64,000 nt of DNA. Origin: a virus (Duplodnaviria > Caudoviricetes). The DNA lies in the IMG/VR virus record IMGVR_UViG_3300035396_000186, positions 18,210 through 82,209 of that record. One strand, given 5' to 3'. Positions within the stretch are counted from its first letter, which is position 1. Every line of letters begins with the position of its first letter. The notes under the pieces are model-generated. The model was not told where the DNA came from and ran no database searches. It worked only from the letters and a program-made list of their open reading frames with translations. Below, piece by piece: positions 50,494-60,658 of the stretch. Position numbers and translations under genes: made by a program.

Positions 50494-51890
50494 TTATGTT
50501 ACATGTATGGGTTTGTAATGCAATTCAAGATTGGGAAATAAATTGTGGAGTAAAATTTGAAACAATACCTCTGCCTCAAAGTTTAAAGACACTTATAACT
50601 CATAGTGGACTTCGCTTTCCAGATCGAAAACATAATTCAAAAATTATATTTAAAGATGATAGTAATTTCCTAATTAAATATTCTATAAAACATTTTAATT
50701 CCCTATGTTACTATATCACTCTCACACATAATAAGGATAACTTTTTCTGTGTTAGTTCACATAATACATTTGAAATATTTAAAAGAATTACATTGGGGCA
50801 TCTTCTTCGTCCTAACGATGAAGATTTTTATTGTAACGACGACGAAAAAAACATTCCAGTTTACAAAGAAGAAATAGTGTGTACTTGCTCAAACTCTGAC
50901 TTATTCAATCACGGTTGTAAATGTGGTGTATTTAAAAAGGAGATGAAAATATGAATTGTTTAATTAAACATAAGGTAACAGGATTTTATTTAAGCTTTAT
51001 AAAAGGTGATAACTTTACGTTCCATAGATGTAAAAAAGGGGCGCAAGTATTTAATCACGGGATTGTTTTTGAATTATTATCAGAGTTCTGTCAAGATTTT
51101 AATTTAAAACCTAACAGTTTTAGTATAGAATATATAAAGGAGAATAAAAAATGAAAACATATGAAGTAATATTTAGAGGAATTACTGGACATGTAGCTAA
51201 ATATCTAGTAAAAGCTCCATCGCAAGCAATAGCAATTACTAAAGCTAAACTTCTATCTATGACTGATAAAGTTGGTTTAAAGACCATGCATGAAATGTTA
51301 CAAAAACTAGACGATATCAAGGTGAAGATATTTAAACACTAAGGGGTTTATATGGATAGCACAATTAAAACAATACTAGATGGCATAGAACAATGCATTG
51401 GAGAAAATGGTAGGTATCTATATGTCACCTCTCCAAACAGTATATCAAGTAGATTACTTTATAGAGCACATGAGTTCTTTAACATGAAGCCTAATTACTG
51501 GATGACAGAATCAGTATTCTTAATGTGTAGACAAATAGGACAATACAATACGTTTACTGAGATTATAGAACATGAAGAAGAGATTGTTGCATCTTGTGCA
51601 GATGTAAAATCGATTGATCTAATTAAATGGTCTGTAGAGTTCTACGATTTTATAGATGAAGCTCATGATCAATTAAAAATACCTAGAGGATTTTTCGTAG
51701 AACAAATAGTTTATGGACAAATATACATGCTACGAAAATTATTTACATTAATAACTAATATTATAAGTGATGAGGTAACCAATGAAAATGATTAGAAATT
51801 TAACAATACTAGTTGTACTCGGGATGTTTGCTGCTAATATTCCTAAGTGGGAAGTGGTGCCAGAATATCGTGGAGAAGTAAAAGAAGTTG

Positions 51891-51927
51891 TTGACGCTTG
51901 ACAAGTAACATGATAATGTAGTATAAG
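51891..51927 (+). promoter_or_regulatory. Tandem sigma70-type promoters
   Basis: TTGACG-N17-TAATGT and TTGACA-N18-TATAAG before 51939. Confidence 0.5.
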
Positions 51928-51938
51928 GAGAAAAATAT

Positions 51939-52154
51939 ATGAAAATACTAATACCGATTATTATTCTTTTGACATTAAGTGTATCAAATAGATCATTCGC
52001 TCACCTAGAAGGTGAAACATGTAGTCCGATGCCTGGTATGATTGATTGTGTAATATGTATTGTTGATCAGGATGAAGATACTAAAGTGAGTACTGTACAT
52101 CCTGAATGTGGACAAACATTAGAGAATACAGTGAATATTGAAGATGATAACTAG
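51939..52154 (+). CDS. Small secreted Cys-containing protein
   Basis: Signal peptide ending SFA, four Cys. Confidence 0.5.
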   Translation: MKILIPIIILLTLSVSNRSFAHLEGETCSPMPGMIDCVICIVDQDEDTKVSTVHPECGQTLENTVNIEDDN

Positions 52155-53161
52155 GAGATATAAAATGGACTTTAATAAACGAGCTAAAAGATTATTGAAG
52201 TTAATGGAGAAAAACTTGAAAAAAGCAAAGCTGCCAACGAGTCAATACTTTATTGGTCAACTGGCTAAAGCATATTTAAATCAAGTACGAGCTGGGAAGA
52301 AACTAGATTACAAGGTAGTACCTCCTGGATTTAGAAAGAGTGTTGTAGATAACTTGCATGAACTCTTTGCATCTCTTCCGAAAGATATACTATCTCAAAT
52401 AGTTGAAAGATCTTTAAAGGAGAAATAAGATGTGGGAAAAATATGATGAATGGAAATTAGATTACCCAGAAGCTTGGGACAAAGAAGACTTTGTATGTGA
52501 TGATTGTGGTAAGAAGTATCACATAGATGAACTAAATAATTTAGGAATGAAAGACTTATGTAATATATGTTATGCAAGGGAGATTGAAAATGAACACGAT
52601 TAAGGAATGGTATATTATATCTATGTTTGGTATAATTATTGGAATACTAATTAACTTAAACGACCTAATGAAAGTTACAGGTGCTATATGATTAGAGATG
52701 CAGTATTTGTTTATGGTAATCCTAAGATTAAGTTTAATAAAGATGCTCTATTTTTAGACCCTGTGGCAAACTGTCACGACTTAACTGTATTTGAAAACAA
52801 TCTAGATGATAAGTATGCTGTATATAAAATAGAAGTATCGAATTATAATGGGCGTAAATTCTTATCTAGCGAATGGTTGTGGGGGTTGGTTGTAAATGAT
52901 AAGAATATCGTATAGAAAGACAACTACAGGATACATCTCCAATCTGTTCTTTTTACTAGGAGATATCATCTTTGTTGAGATCAGTAGTAAAACTAATGAA
53001 TACTGGATAAAGAAAATGAATGATACTGTGATGACTTTAGTATATGCTAAAGGTACTTCTGTTAAGCAGATTAAGAAGAAGATTAGAAGTCAATTGATAT
53101 CGCTTGGAGTTAAAATTGATGTAGATTTAAGATATGTAATAGATCTAAAAGAGTTAAAGAA

Positions 53162-53770
53162 ATGAAATTTAAAATCAGACATGATATACAAAAAGTGAAC
53201 ATCTATGGTCAAACTCGATATAGAATTGAATCATTAAAAGATTTCAAAGATGTTAAGGCTGGTGATCTTGGAGGTTGGGTTACAATGGAAGAGAATCTCT
53301 CCCACTATGGCGATTGTTGGATTTACGATGATGCTGTAGTCCGAGATGATGCGGTTGTTTGTGAGAACGCTAGCGTCCATGGTAAGTCTAGTATTTCAGA
53401 AAATTCTCGAATAAGTGGAGATGCTATAGTATCAGGTGAAACACACGTTTCAGATAATGCATGGATTTATGGTAATGCTCAAGTTTGTGAGGGAGCCCTT
53501 GTTGATCAGAATGCTCGAGTCTATGGAAATGCGATAGTTTCAGGTCAAGCAAAAGTTCGTGGGAGAGCTAAGGTCTTTGGTAACTCAAGACTTACTGATT
53601 ATGTTAATGTTTCAGGTAACGTTACTATTAATGGTGACTTCGAGATTAAGGGTGAAAGAAAATCCTCTGGTGATATGAACATTTGGAACTCTGGACCAGA
53701 AGATAACATTAAGATCGTTAAGTGGAATGTTGCCGTTAAAGATAATTATCTAAAGGAGTTAAAGAAATGA
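53162..53770 (+). CDS. Left-handed beta-helix (hexapeptide repeat) protein
   Basis: RIESLKDFKDVKAGDLGGWV...NLSHYGDCWIYDDAVV then repeats such as GNAQV/GNAIV. Confidence 0.8.
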   Translation: MKFKIRHDIQKVNIYGQTRYRIESLKDFKDVKAGDLGGWVTMEENLSHYGDCWIYDDAVVRDDAVVCENASVHGKSSISENSRISGDAIVSGETHVSDNAWIYGNAQVCEGALVDQNARVYGNAIVSGQAKVRGRAKVFGNSRLTDYVNVSGNVTINGDFEIKGERKSSGDMNIWNSGPEDNIKIVKWNVAVKDNYLKELKK

Positions 53771-53991
53771 AAAAAGTAAAAGTGTATAGACATTTCTTAT
53801 TATGTCCAATATGTAAAGAAGAGATTACATCTAAACATAGACACGATTTCCGTCATTGTAAATGTGGTGAATGTTTTGTTGATGGTGGATTAGACTACTT
53901 TAGATTTGGATATGGAGATAAGTCAAGTAAGTTATTATTTACTAAAGCTGGTAAGATGAGTAAGAAATACTTTAGAACTGAGGAGGTATAG
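53767..53991 (+). CDS. Cys-rich small phage protein
   Basis: CPICKEEITSKHRHDFRHCKCGECFVDGG. Confidence 0.65.
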   Translation: MKKVKVYRHFLLCPICKEEITSKHRHDFRHCKCGECFVDGGLDYFRFGYGDKSSKLLFTKAGKMSKKYFRTEEV

Positions 53992-54074
53992 AATGGAAGT
54001 TAACTATTTTTACTTTGGAGCATTCGTATTCTTTTTTGTAGGTATAGGTTTATACTTTTTGAACAAAAAATAGA

Positions 54075-54321
54075 TACTGTAAGCAGCGAACCCACGCTAT
54101 GAGGAACGTAAAGAAATGGCTAACAAACTGATTGTCGTGTATGCCTCGTGAAGCTACACTAGAGCCGACATAAACCGACCAACTAGACGGTTACTCTATA
54201 AGCGTTTTGGAGAAGCATAGAGCGTAAGGCCTCGTGGGATTGAAGAGTACTAGCTTGTTATTAGTTTGGCTAGGAAATGAGCGTAGACATAGCCCTTAGA
54301 TGAATCTGTAATGTAGTCTAT
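54075..54321. ncRNA. Unclassified structured RNA candidate
   Basis: GC-elevated intergenic segment with at least six complementary helices including crossing pairs. Confidence 0.55.
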
Positions 54322-54394
54322 TGGTCTCTAATATGATGTAACTAACGTAAAGTCAAGTACATATAGATAGAGACTTGCCTTTTTACGAATTTAA

Positions 54395-54423
54395 TTGCAT
54401 TCATATTGTTCTTGTATTATAAT
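54395..54423 (+). promoter_or_regulatory. Sigma70-type promoter
   Basis: TTGCAT-N17-TATAAT before 54445. Confidence 0.6.
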
Positions 54424-54444
54424 ATTAATTAGGAGATACAATAT

Positions 54445-55048
54445 ATGATGAAGTTATTAATTATACAAACAATTATTATGTATGCGATAGGTATGTTCTT
54501 TTTATGTGCATTTGAAGTAACTGCTTCAGAATTACGGTTATTTAGATATGTAGTATCTACATATACTACAACTAATCTATATAAAGCACATCCAAAAATA
54601 ATAAAAAAGCGGTTGTCAACTCGTGATAAAAATGCTATAATACTAGCTAGAGGTTTATAATGGATAATGAGAATTTAAAGAATTTTATACGTGAGCTACT
54701 TGTTTTAGCTAAAAAATATGACATCCAGGACATTCATAGTTGTGGATGTTGTGATGGAGCTCTACTTTCGGATACTAAAAATGAGGTGAGTTTTTGTTCG
54801 TTAGACAACTTAAAACAGTTTATTGATTGTCCTAATAAGGACGTGTAGTTATGTACGATATAGATGATATTATATACTATGATTCACTAGAAGATGCTTG
54901 TGACATAGTAGATGACGTTGACGAAGAAACTGACTCGATTACAGTTTCAAGATACGATTGTGAAGGCAACTTAATTGGTAAACAACAATGTGCTTTAGAA
55001 TGGTATGAGTTACAGGTTCATACGCTAAAGGGTATAAAAATAATTTAG
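54445..55048 (+). other. Three small hypothetical CDS (54445..54660, 54660..54848, 54851..55048)
   Basis: Co-oriented, coupled starts/stops. Confidence 0.5.
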
Positions 55049-55060
55049 ACGGAGAAACGT

Positions 55061-55801
55061 ATGGATTTTTTTGATAAGTATGGTTTTGTTTCAGATAATA
55101 GAGATGCTGATGGAGATAAAGAAAATAAGATACTATTCTCAATTGAATGGCTATTACTTCTTTTATATCCTAGAGTTGATTCTCTAAGTAAAGTTGAAAG
55201 TGTAAGAACTCTTAAGGACATAGCATATACGCTAACTGATGGTAAGAAGTGGTATCCTTTACCTGATCACACTAAACTAGTCGAAGAAGGATTTAGTAGA
55301 GATAACATGATCGCATTAACTTCTCTTGGTATGTTAGCTAGAGATGAAGAACTATCTAAAGCTGGATTAAAACATCTATTTGATAAACCATATCTACAAC
55401 CACAAGATATGATATACTTCGCAATATGTGCTAATAATGCTGTAGGTTGGCTATTCTTTCCAGTATTGTTTATATCAATGTTTATAGCATGTTTCTCTCT
55501 ATCTCAAACTAGAGGTGGGAAACTAGACACTGATGGAAGACTGCTATCATTTGTTAGATGTTTATCTAATACTGAATCTAAAGCATTTAGAATGATGTGG
55601 AAGGTACTTAACTGGATATCTAAGATTAGACTAGCGAAGTACTTAAAGTTAAATCCTAGCGAGATGCCTTCTGATTTATGTACCGATGAGATTAAGAATA
55701 ACCTAGATAAATATCATTGGAGAATACTATTTAGGATGTACTTCCAAGATGCTAATCATCCTATCAATCAATGGTTTAAATATAAGAACATAGAGGTATA
55801 A
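55061..55801 (+). CDS. Hypothetical helical protein, 246 aa
   Basis: GGAG RBS; contains a hydrophobic segment; no family recognised. Confidence 0.5.
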   Translation: MDFFDKYGFVSDNRDADGDKENKILFSIEWLLLLLYPRVDSLSKVESVRTLKDIAYTLTDGKKWYPLPDHTKLVEEGFSRDNMIALTSLGMLARDEELSKAGLKHLFDKPYLQPQDMIYFAICANNAVGWLFFPVLFISMFIACFSLSQTRGGKLDTDGRLLSFVRCLSNTESKAFRMMWKVLNWISKIRLAKYLKLNPSEMPSDLCTDEIKNNLDKYHWRILFRMYFQDANHPINQWFKYKNIEV

Positions 55802-55935
55802 ATGAATAACTATAAATACTACTTAACCTTAGGATATTGGTCTGCAATAACAATCGGGGTTATCATATTTCTAATAGAAAGTCCAGGACCTAATATAATC
55901 ACGACAGACTTCATGGAAATAATAACGAGGTATCA

Positions 55936-56607
55936 ATGATTAAGCTAGAGTATAATAAGTATATAGATCATACATTGCTTAAGTCTACAGCAACTTATGA
56001 AGACATAACTAAACTATGTGAAGAAGCTAAACAATATAAATTTGCTAGTGTTTGTATTCATCCAACTTTTGTTCCGATGGCTAAGAACATATTAGCTAAT
56101 ACTGATGTAAAAATATGTACAGTAGTTGGGTTTCCTTTAGGATTGAATGATACAAAAATCAAAGCTACTGAAGCGAGATTAGCAATTAAGAATGGTGCAG
56201 ATGAAATTGATATGGTCATGAACATGGGTTACTTTAAAAGTCAGAGATATGATCTAGTTCAAAGAGATATCAAAAGGGTAAAGAAAGCTGTAGGAGATAA
56301 GATACTTAAAGTTATAGTTGAAACTTGTTTACTAAGCAACATAGAGAAATCTATAATAGCTAACTTAATTCGTATGGCTAAAGCTGACTTCATTAAAACA
56401 TCTACCGGCTTTTCAACTAGCGGAGCGGATGTTGAAGATATTAAACTATTTAAAGATATACTTGGAGATTCATTAAAGATCAAGGCATCAGGAGGAATAA
56501 AGAACTCTAAGGATGCAATATCTATGATAAATGCTGGAGCTGATAGATTAGGTACTAGCTCTGGAGTTGAAATCATGTTAGGATTAGATAGTAACAAGGA
56601 GTATTAA
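55936..56607 (+). CDS. deoC: Deoxyribose-phosphate aldolase
   Basis: IDHTLLK, CTVVGFPLG, GADEIDMV, LKVIVET, FIKTSTGF, IKASGGI, GADRLGTS. Confidence 0.95.
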   Translation: MIKLEYNKYIDHTLLKSTATYEDITKLCEEAKQYKFASVCIHPTFVPMAKNILANTDVKICTVVGFPLGLNDTKIKATEARLAIKNGADEIDMVMNMGYFKSQRYDLVQRDIKRVKKAVGDKILKVIVETCLLSNIEKSIIANLIRMAKADFIKTSTGFSTSGADVEDIKLFKDILGDSLKIKASGGIKNSKDAISMINAGADRLGTSSGVEIMLGLDSNKEY

Positions 56608-56608
56608 T

Positions 56609-57192
56609 ATGAGGAAAGAATTAGTAATCTATATATCAACTACCGAGAAAGAATCGGAACTTCAAATGCGAAACGATTTAATTGTTAAAGATCATATAGT
56701 TCTTACTATTGAAGGTTTTAAATGTTCTATATCAAAAGATGAATTAGTTAGTGCTATATACCAATTGAATGCTTTCGACATGGTCAATGGACTTGAATCA
56801 AAAGAAGATAAAGAATCTTCAGGACTTAATAACAGTGTTGATTGCAATGGGTAGGAGTTAACTTGAGAGTATATCCTGTAGTTGTTAGCATCGGAAGAGA
56901 TCACATGTATCTCGATTTTGATAAAAGGATTATACGTCTTATGATCGACGGGTGTTTCAAGGAGACTGACCTTCTTAATGAAGGCGGACACTTCACATTT
57001 TGGAATCCTATCACAAAGAAGTTCTCCGAGTTCTCTTTCTCTGAACATCAAGAGATAACTAAAGCTTATATTAAATGGAAAGATAAAACTAAATCACCAT
57101 ATGTTGGTTGTAATTGCGGATCAAAGCATACGTCAAATCCTAATCATCACTACGACTGGTGTAATTGTCATATTAACCCAATTAAGAAGTAG
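56609..57192 (+). other. Two hypothetical CDS (56609..56854, 56842..57192); second ends in CNCG...HYDWCNC
   Basis: Co-oriented ORFs. Confidence 0.45.
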
Positions 57193-57222
57193 TATGTTAA
57201 GATACTAAAAGTATGATAGTAT

Positions 57223-57462
57223 GTGTATGATACAAAAGGTAACATGAGAAAAACAAAAAAAGATACAAAAACCTATAGAGAAGTTCTTCATGAGTTATTG
57301 AAGGATGATATGTCATTTGTTTATTACTACTTACATGAAGCAATGAATGATGCTAAGAAAGATAACTTTAGACGTTTCGAATATGTTCTTAAAGAAATTA
57401 TCCAAGCATTAGGTTATGTTCGTCATATCAAATTAAAGCCAAAAACAATGAAAAAATGCTAG
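57223..57462 (+). CDS. Addiction-module antidote-like (COG3636-type) N-terminal domain
   Basis: YREVLHELLKDD...YYYLHEAM...F..VL..IIQALG; C-terminal HTH absent. Confidence 0.5.
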   Translation: MYDTKGNMRKTKKDTKTYREVLHELLKDDMSFVYYYLHEAMNDAKKDNFRRFEYVLKEIIQALGYVRHIKLKPKTMKKC

Positions 57463-57570
57463 TATTTGGTGCATATCTAATCTTTAGTATCTAATTATTA
57501 GTTATTGTTAACTGGTCAAATAAGGACAATTAAGTACGTTTTTATGGGTTAAGTGTTCTAATAAGGACTA

Positions 57571-58554
57571 TTAGAAGTTAAGTAGTTCTATGTTATTTAT
57601 CTTTAGACCTTTAAGAAGTTCTAGTAGACCAATGAGCGGAGCTTTATATGGACCATAGTTGTATTTACTCTTCATCATCTTAATGACAGTAATTAATTTA
57701 TCCATCCTCGGCCAACAATTTTGGATTTGATGAGCCATCTCAACTGAGATATTTAGAACTGCGTTTATTTGTGAAGTATGTTTCCAATTGATAGCTCTAG
57801 GAAATCCTGTACCATCTGGTTTCTCATGATGATATAAGATAAGATCTGCTATGTTTGGAGGTAATGTTTGACTAGGACTAACAATATTAGCTCCACTTAG
57901 TGGATGCTCTATATAGTCTTTTGTTTCTTCTTTACTTAGAGATTCCATCCCACCGTTCTCAACTTTAGTAATAGATTGTTTTGATAAACCTATGTCTTGA
58001 AGTATAGCAGCGAATCCTAACTTCTGTATTGTTGCAGGTGATTTCCAATCCATCTTATATGCTATACCAATAGCTAAGTAAGAAGTTAATAAACACTTCT
58101 CAAAGAAACGATTAGATGTATTTAAAATTTCATTTAGTATATCATATATAGCTTTATCAGTTTTCTCTAGTACAAATATATTAGATGATATGATTTCATT
58201 TGTTTCATATATAACAGTATCAGTTATTCCATAATTTTTTGTTATATCATATATGTCATGTAGTTTCTTAGAGGACGATCTTATCTTCTCGGAGAAAGCA
58301 GCACTTTGAATACCTTGAACTGCATTAGATGTTCTAATGAACGTATCCATAAAAACATTACGATCTTGATTCTTTACATATAATGATACAGCTCCCTTAT
58401 TCTTATACTTAGTTAATCTTTCAGAAGGATATAGATCATCCTTTCTAAAAAGAAGAAGATACTTATCAGTTAGTTTAAGGTAAATATCACAATATGCAAT
58501 ATTCGATTGCATGAATTGTTCAATAGGCATTGCAATAAAATCTTCATTAGCCAT
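57571..58554 (-). CDS. HD-GYP domain protein with degenerate motif (start re-assigned to 58554)
   Basis: AAILQDIGL (HD to QD), EHPLSG, YHHEKPDGTGFP (GYP to GFP); extra N-terminal domain. Confidence 0.8.
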   Translation of the reverse strand: MANEDFIAMPIEQFMQSNIAYCDIYLKLTDKYLLLFRKDDLYPSERLTKYKNKGAVSLYVKNQDRNVFMDTFIRTSNAVQGIQSAAFSEKIRSSSKKLHDIYDITKNYGITDTVIYETNEIISSNIFVLEKTDKAIYDILNEILNTSNRFFEKCLLTSYLAIGIAYKMDWKSPATIQKLGFAAILQDIGLSKQSITKVENGGMESLSKEETKDYIEHPLSGANIVSPSQTLPPNIADLILYHHEKPDGTGFPRAINWKHTSQINAVLNISVEMAHQIQNCWPRMDKLITVIKMMKSKYNYGPYKAPLIGLLELLKGLKINNIELLNF

Positions 58555-58561
58555 AAATAAT

Positions 58562-58590
58562 ATAATACCATTAGAAGATAAAAACGTCAA
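58562..58590 (-). promoter_or_regulatory. Sigma70 promoter of HD-GYP gene
   Basis: TTGACG-N17-TATTAT with TG extension, 7 nt before ATG 58554. Confidence 0.7.
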
Positions 58591-58662
58591 GACACATCAA
58601 TAATATGTTATTTCACATAGATAGTTGTTATTAAATAAATTATGTAGAGTTTGTAATAATTG

Positions 58663-58692
58663 TTGACATTTAACGTATTTTAGTTATATAAT
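58663..58692 (+). promoter_or_regulatory. Sigma70 promoter of DNA-metabolism operon
   Basis: TTGACA-N18-TATAAT, 7 nt before ATG 58700. Confidence 0.7.
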
Positions 58693-58699
58693 GTAAAAC

Positions 58700-59829
58700 A
58701 TGAGACTAATAGATATTGTTAGAAAAAATAAGGACGAGTTAGTAGGTAAGAGAATTCGTCAAGTAGACTGGGAGCCTGGATTCTACATAAAGGTACAGTT
58801 TGTTGATGAGAAAAGTATATTTGGATTCGACCCTTTAAATGAAGCAACTTGTCTTAACTTAAAAGAAAAGCTTATAGCTGAAGCTGAATTTGAGTTTGTC
58901 ACAGAACAAGACTTCGATTTTGTACATGAATTCTGGGATGAGATAGATACTACTAGTGATAGTCGAATGTATAAAAAGATATTAACTCGGAGCGATTGGG
59001 AAATTTTTAAGAACAAAAGAGACTTAATGCATATTAATACTGCAGTTGTTGATAGAAAGGGATATATATGGTAAAGCTAGAATTAGAAAAGATTGCACCT
59101 TTTAACTATCAGATATATGTTATTAAGAAAGATAAGAAGACTGAACTTTTTAGTTCTTTTAGTAGACATAGTGACTCTGAAGCTTTAGATCATGCAAGAG
59201 CATTATTATCGTCTTGTTCGGAATGGCATAGTTTAGATCATAAACTTAATATAGTGAGGAAGTAATGATTATTAAAAATGATTTCGGATATGGCTTAGGT
59301 GAGTTCATAAAGTATCTACTACCATTTTCTAATGCTATAAGGTATGGAACTATTAGGAAACTAACAATTGAACATTATAAAATTAATGACAAATATGAAA
59401 CAAAATGTTATTATGAAGTAGAGGAATCAAACGATAAAATAGAAGAACATTCAATCATCTCGAGATTCGTTGAAGTATTTGACGATGATCAAGAGGGAGA
59501 ATAGTATGTCTGTTTACTGGAAATGTGAGAAGTGCGGTAAAATGTGGAATAAGCATATGTCACATTGCGATTGCAAAGCTGGTAAAGTTTCAGGATTAAT
59601 GACTATAGAGACTCATAAGTTAAAGAAACATATTGAGAGTATGTCACAAGAACATAAGAAATTTGTAGAAGTTCTTTCAAAAGAAAAAGATCAGTTACAT
59701 CAATTTCAAAAAGAAGCATTTGATACAATTGAGAATATTATAAACAATATGCATTCCCTAGAGAAGGACGAGATAACAGTTCACTTATTCAAATTGATTA
59801 ATGATCATAAGAGTAAGGAAATAAAATGA
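58700..59829 (+). other. Four hypothetical CDS (58700..59074, 59068..59265, 59265..59504, 59470..59829)
   Basis: Co-oriented overlapping ORFs; last has CEKC...CDC motif. Confidence 0.55.
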
Positions 59830-59836
59830 GGTAGTT

Positions 59837-60472
59837 ATGCCAGATGAAAAATTGATAAGACAGAAACCATTTTTGGTAGTATTAGATCTGGATGACTGTA
59901 TTGTATCTTTCATGGGAGCTCTATGTCGAGTTCACAATAAGAAGTATGGAACTAGTATAACCCCTAGCGATTTAAATAGCTGGGACTTTAATACGTTAGA
60001 AGTTAAAGATGCTCAAGGTAATGTCGTTAAAGGTGAAGAATTAAGAAAGACTTTTGCTGACTATGAAGCTGAAGGGTTATATGTAGGATTACCATTACTT
60101 GGTGCATCAGATCAAGCTCTTGAGTTTATGAAGAACAAAGGTTATAGAGTTGTAATACTAACTGCTAGAGATGAGAAGTACGGTAAGCAAACTGAACTAA
60201 ATCTAATATTTAATAGAATATACCAGTATGTTGATGAAGTATTCTTTAAAGCTGATAAAGTAAAAAAGATACAGAACTTAAGCAAAGCTTATCATATTGT
60301 TATGTTCGCTGACGATAAAGCCGAAACCGTTCAAAAGGTTATTCAAAATTGTAATGTCGATCATGTGTTCTTGATTGAACAAGCACATAACGAAAATGTT
60401 GAAGTTGACCCTGACGTAAAAAGAGTTAGAGATTTACTAGACACAGTGAGATATTTACGATATACTAAATAA
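59837..60472 (+). CDS. HAD-family 5'(3')-deoxyribonucleotidase-like protein
   Basis: VLDLDDC (DxD), ILTAR, K, FADD motifs; NSWDF. Confidence 0.8.
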   Translation: MPDEKLIRQKPFLVVLDLDDCIVSFMGALCRVHNKKYGTSITPSDLNSWDFNTLEVKDAQGNVVKGEELRKTFADYEAEGLYVGLPLLGASDQALEFMKNKGYRVVILTARDEKYGKQTELNLIFNRIYQYVDEVFFKADKVKKIQNLSKAYHIVMFADDKAETVQKVIQNCNVDHVFLIEQAHNENVEVDPDVKRVRDLLDTVRYLRYTK

Positions 60473-60482
60473 AGAGGTATAT

Positions 60483-60656
60483 ATGTTTAAATGTGTAGAT
60501 TGTGGCTGGACTCATGAAAAGGATATTCAATTCTGTAAGGCATGTTCTGGATTTCTAGAAGAAGTACATGTTCGAGAAGTAACTCCAACTACTGTTAATT
60601 ATGACTTTGTAGAAGGTAACGAGTTCTCTGGTATCAATCCATATGAAGGAGATTAG
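60483..60656 (+). CDS. 57-aa zinc-ribbon protein (not in ORF track)
   Basis: GAGG RBS; CVDCG...CKAC. Confidence 0.55.
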   Translation: MFKCVDCGWTHEKDIQFCKACSGFLEEVHVREVTPTTVNYDFVEGNEFSGINPYEGD

Positions 60657-60658
60657 TA

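Larger units (their letters stand above)
45665..53165 (+). other. Early region: dense array of about 30 small hypothetical CDS
   Basis: Co-oriented 60-150 aa ORFs with AGGAG/GAGG RBS and short spacers. Confidence 0.75.

Noticed and set aside
51371-51387. Second sigma54 promoter TGGCATAGAACAATGCA
   Set aside because: GG-GC spacing is 11, not 10, and it lies inside a CDS.
54075-54321. tmRNA, group I intron or RNase P call
   Set aside because: Only fragments resemble them (resume-like codons; TAGACATAGCCC like group I S element; GAGGAACGT like RNase P CR-I). There is no tRNA-like domain, no P/Q/R elements in order and no interrupted gene. Kept as an unclassified candidate.
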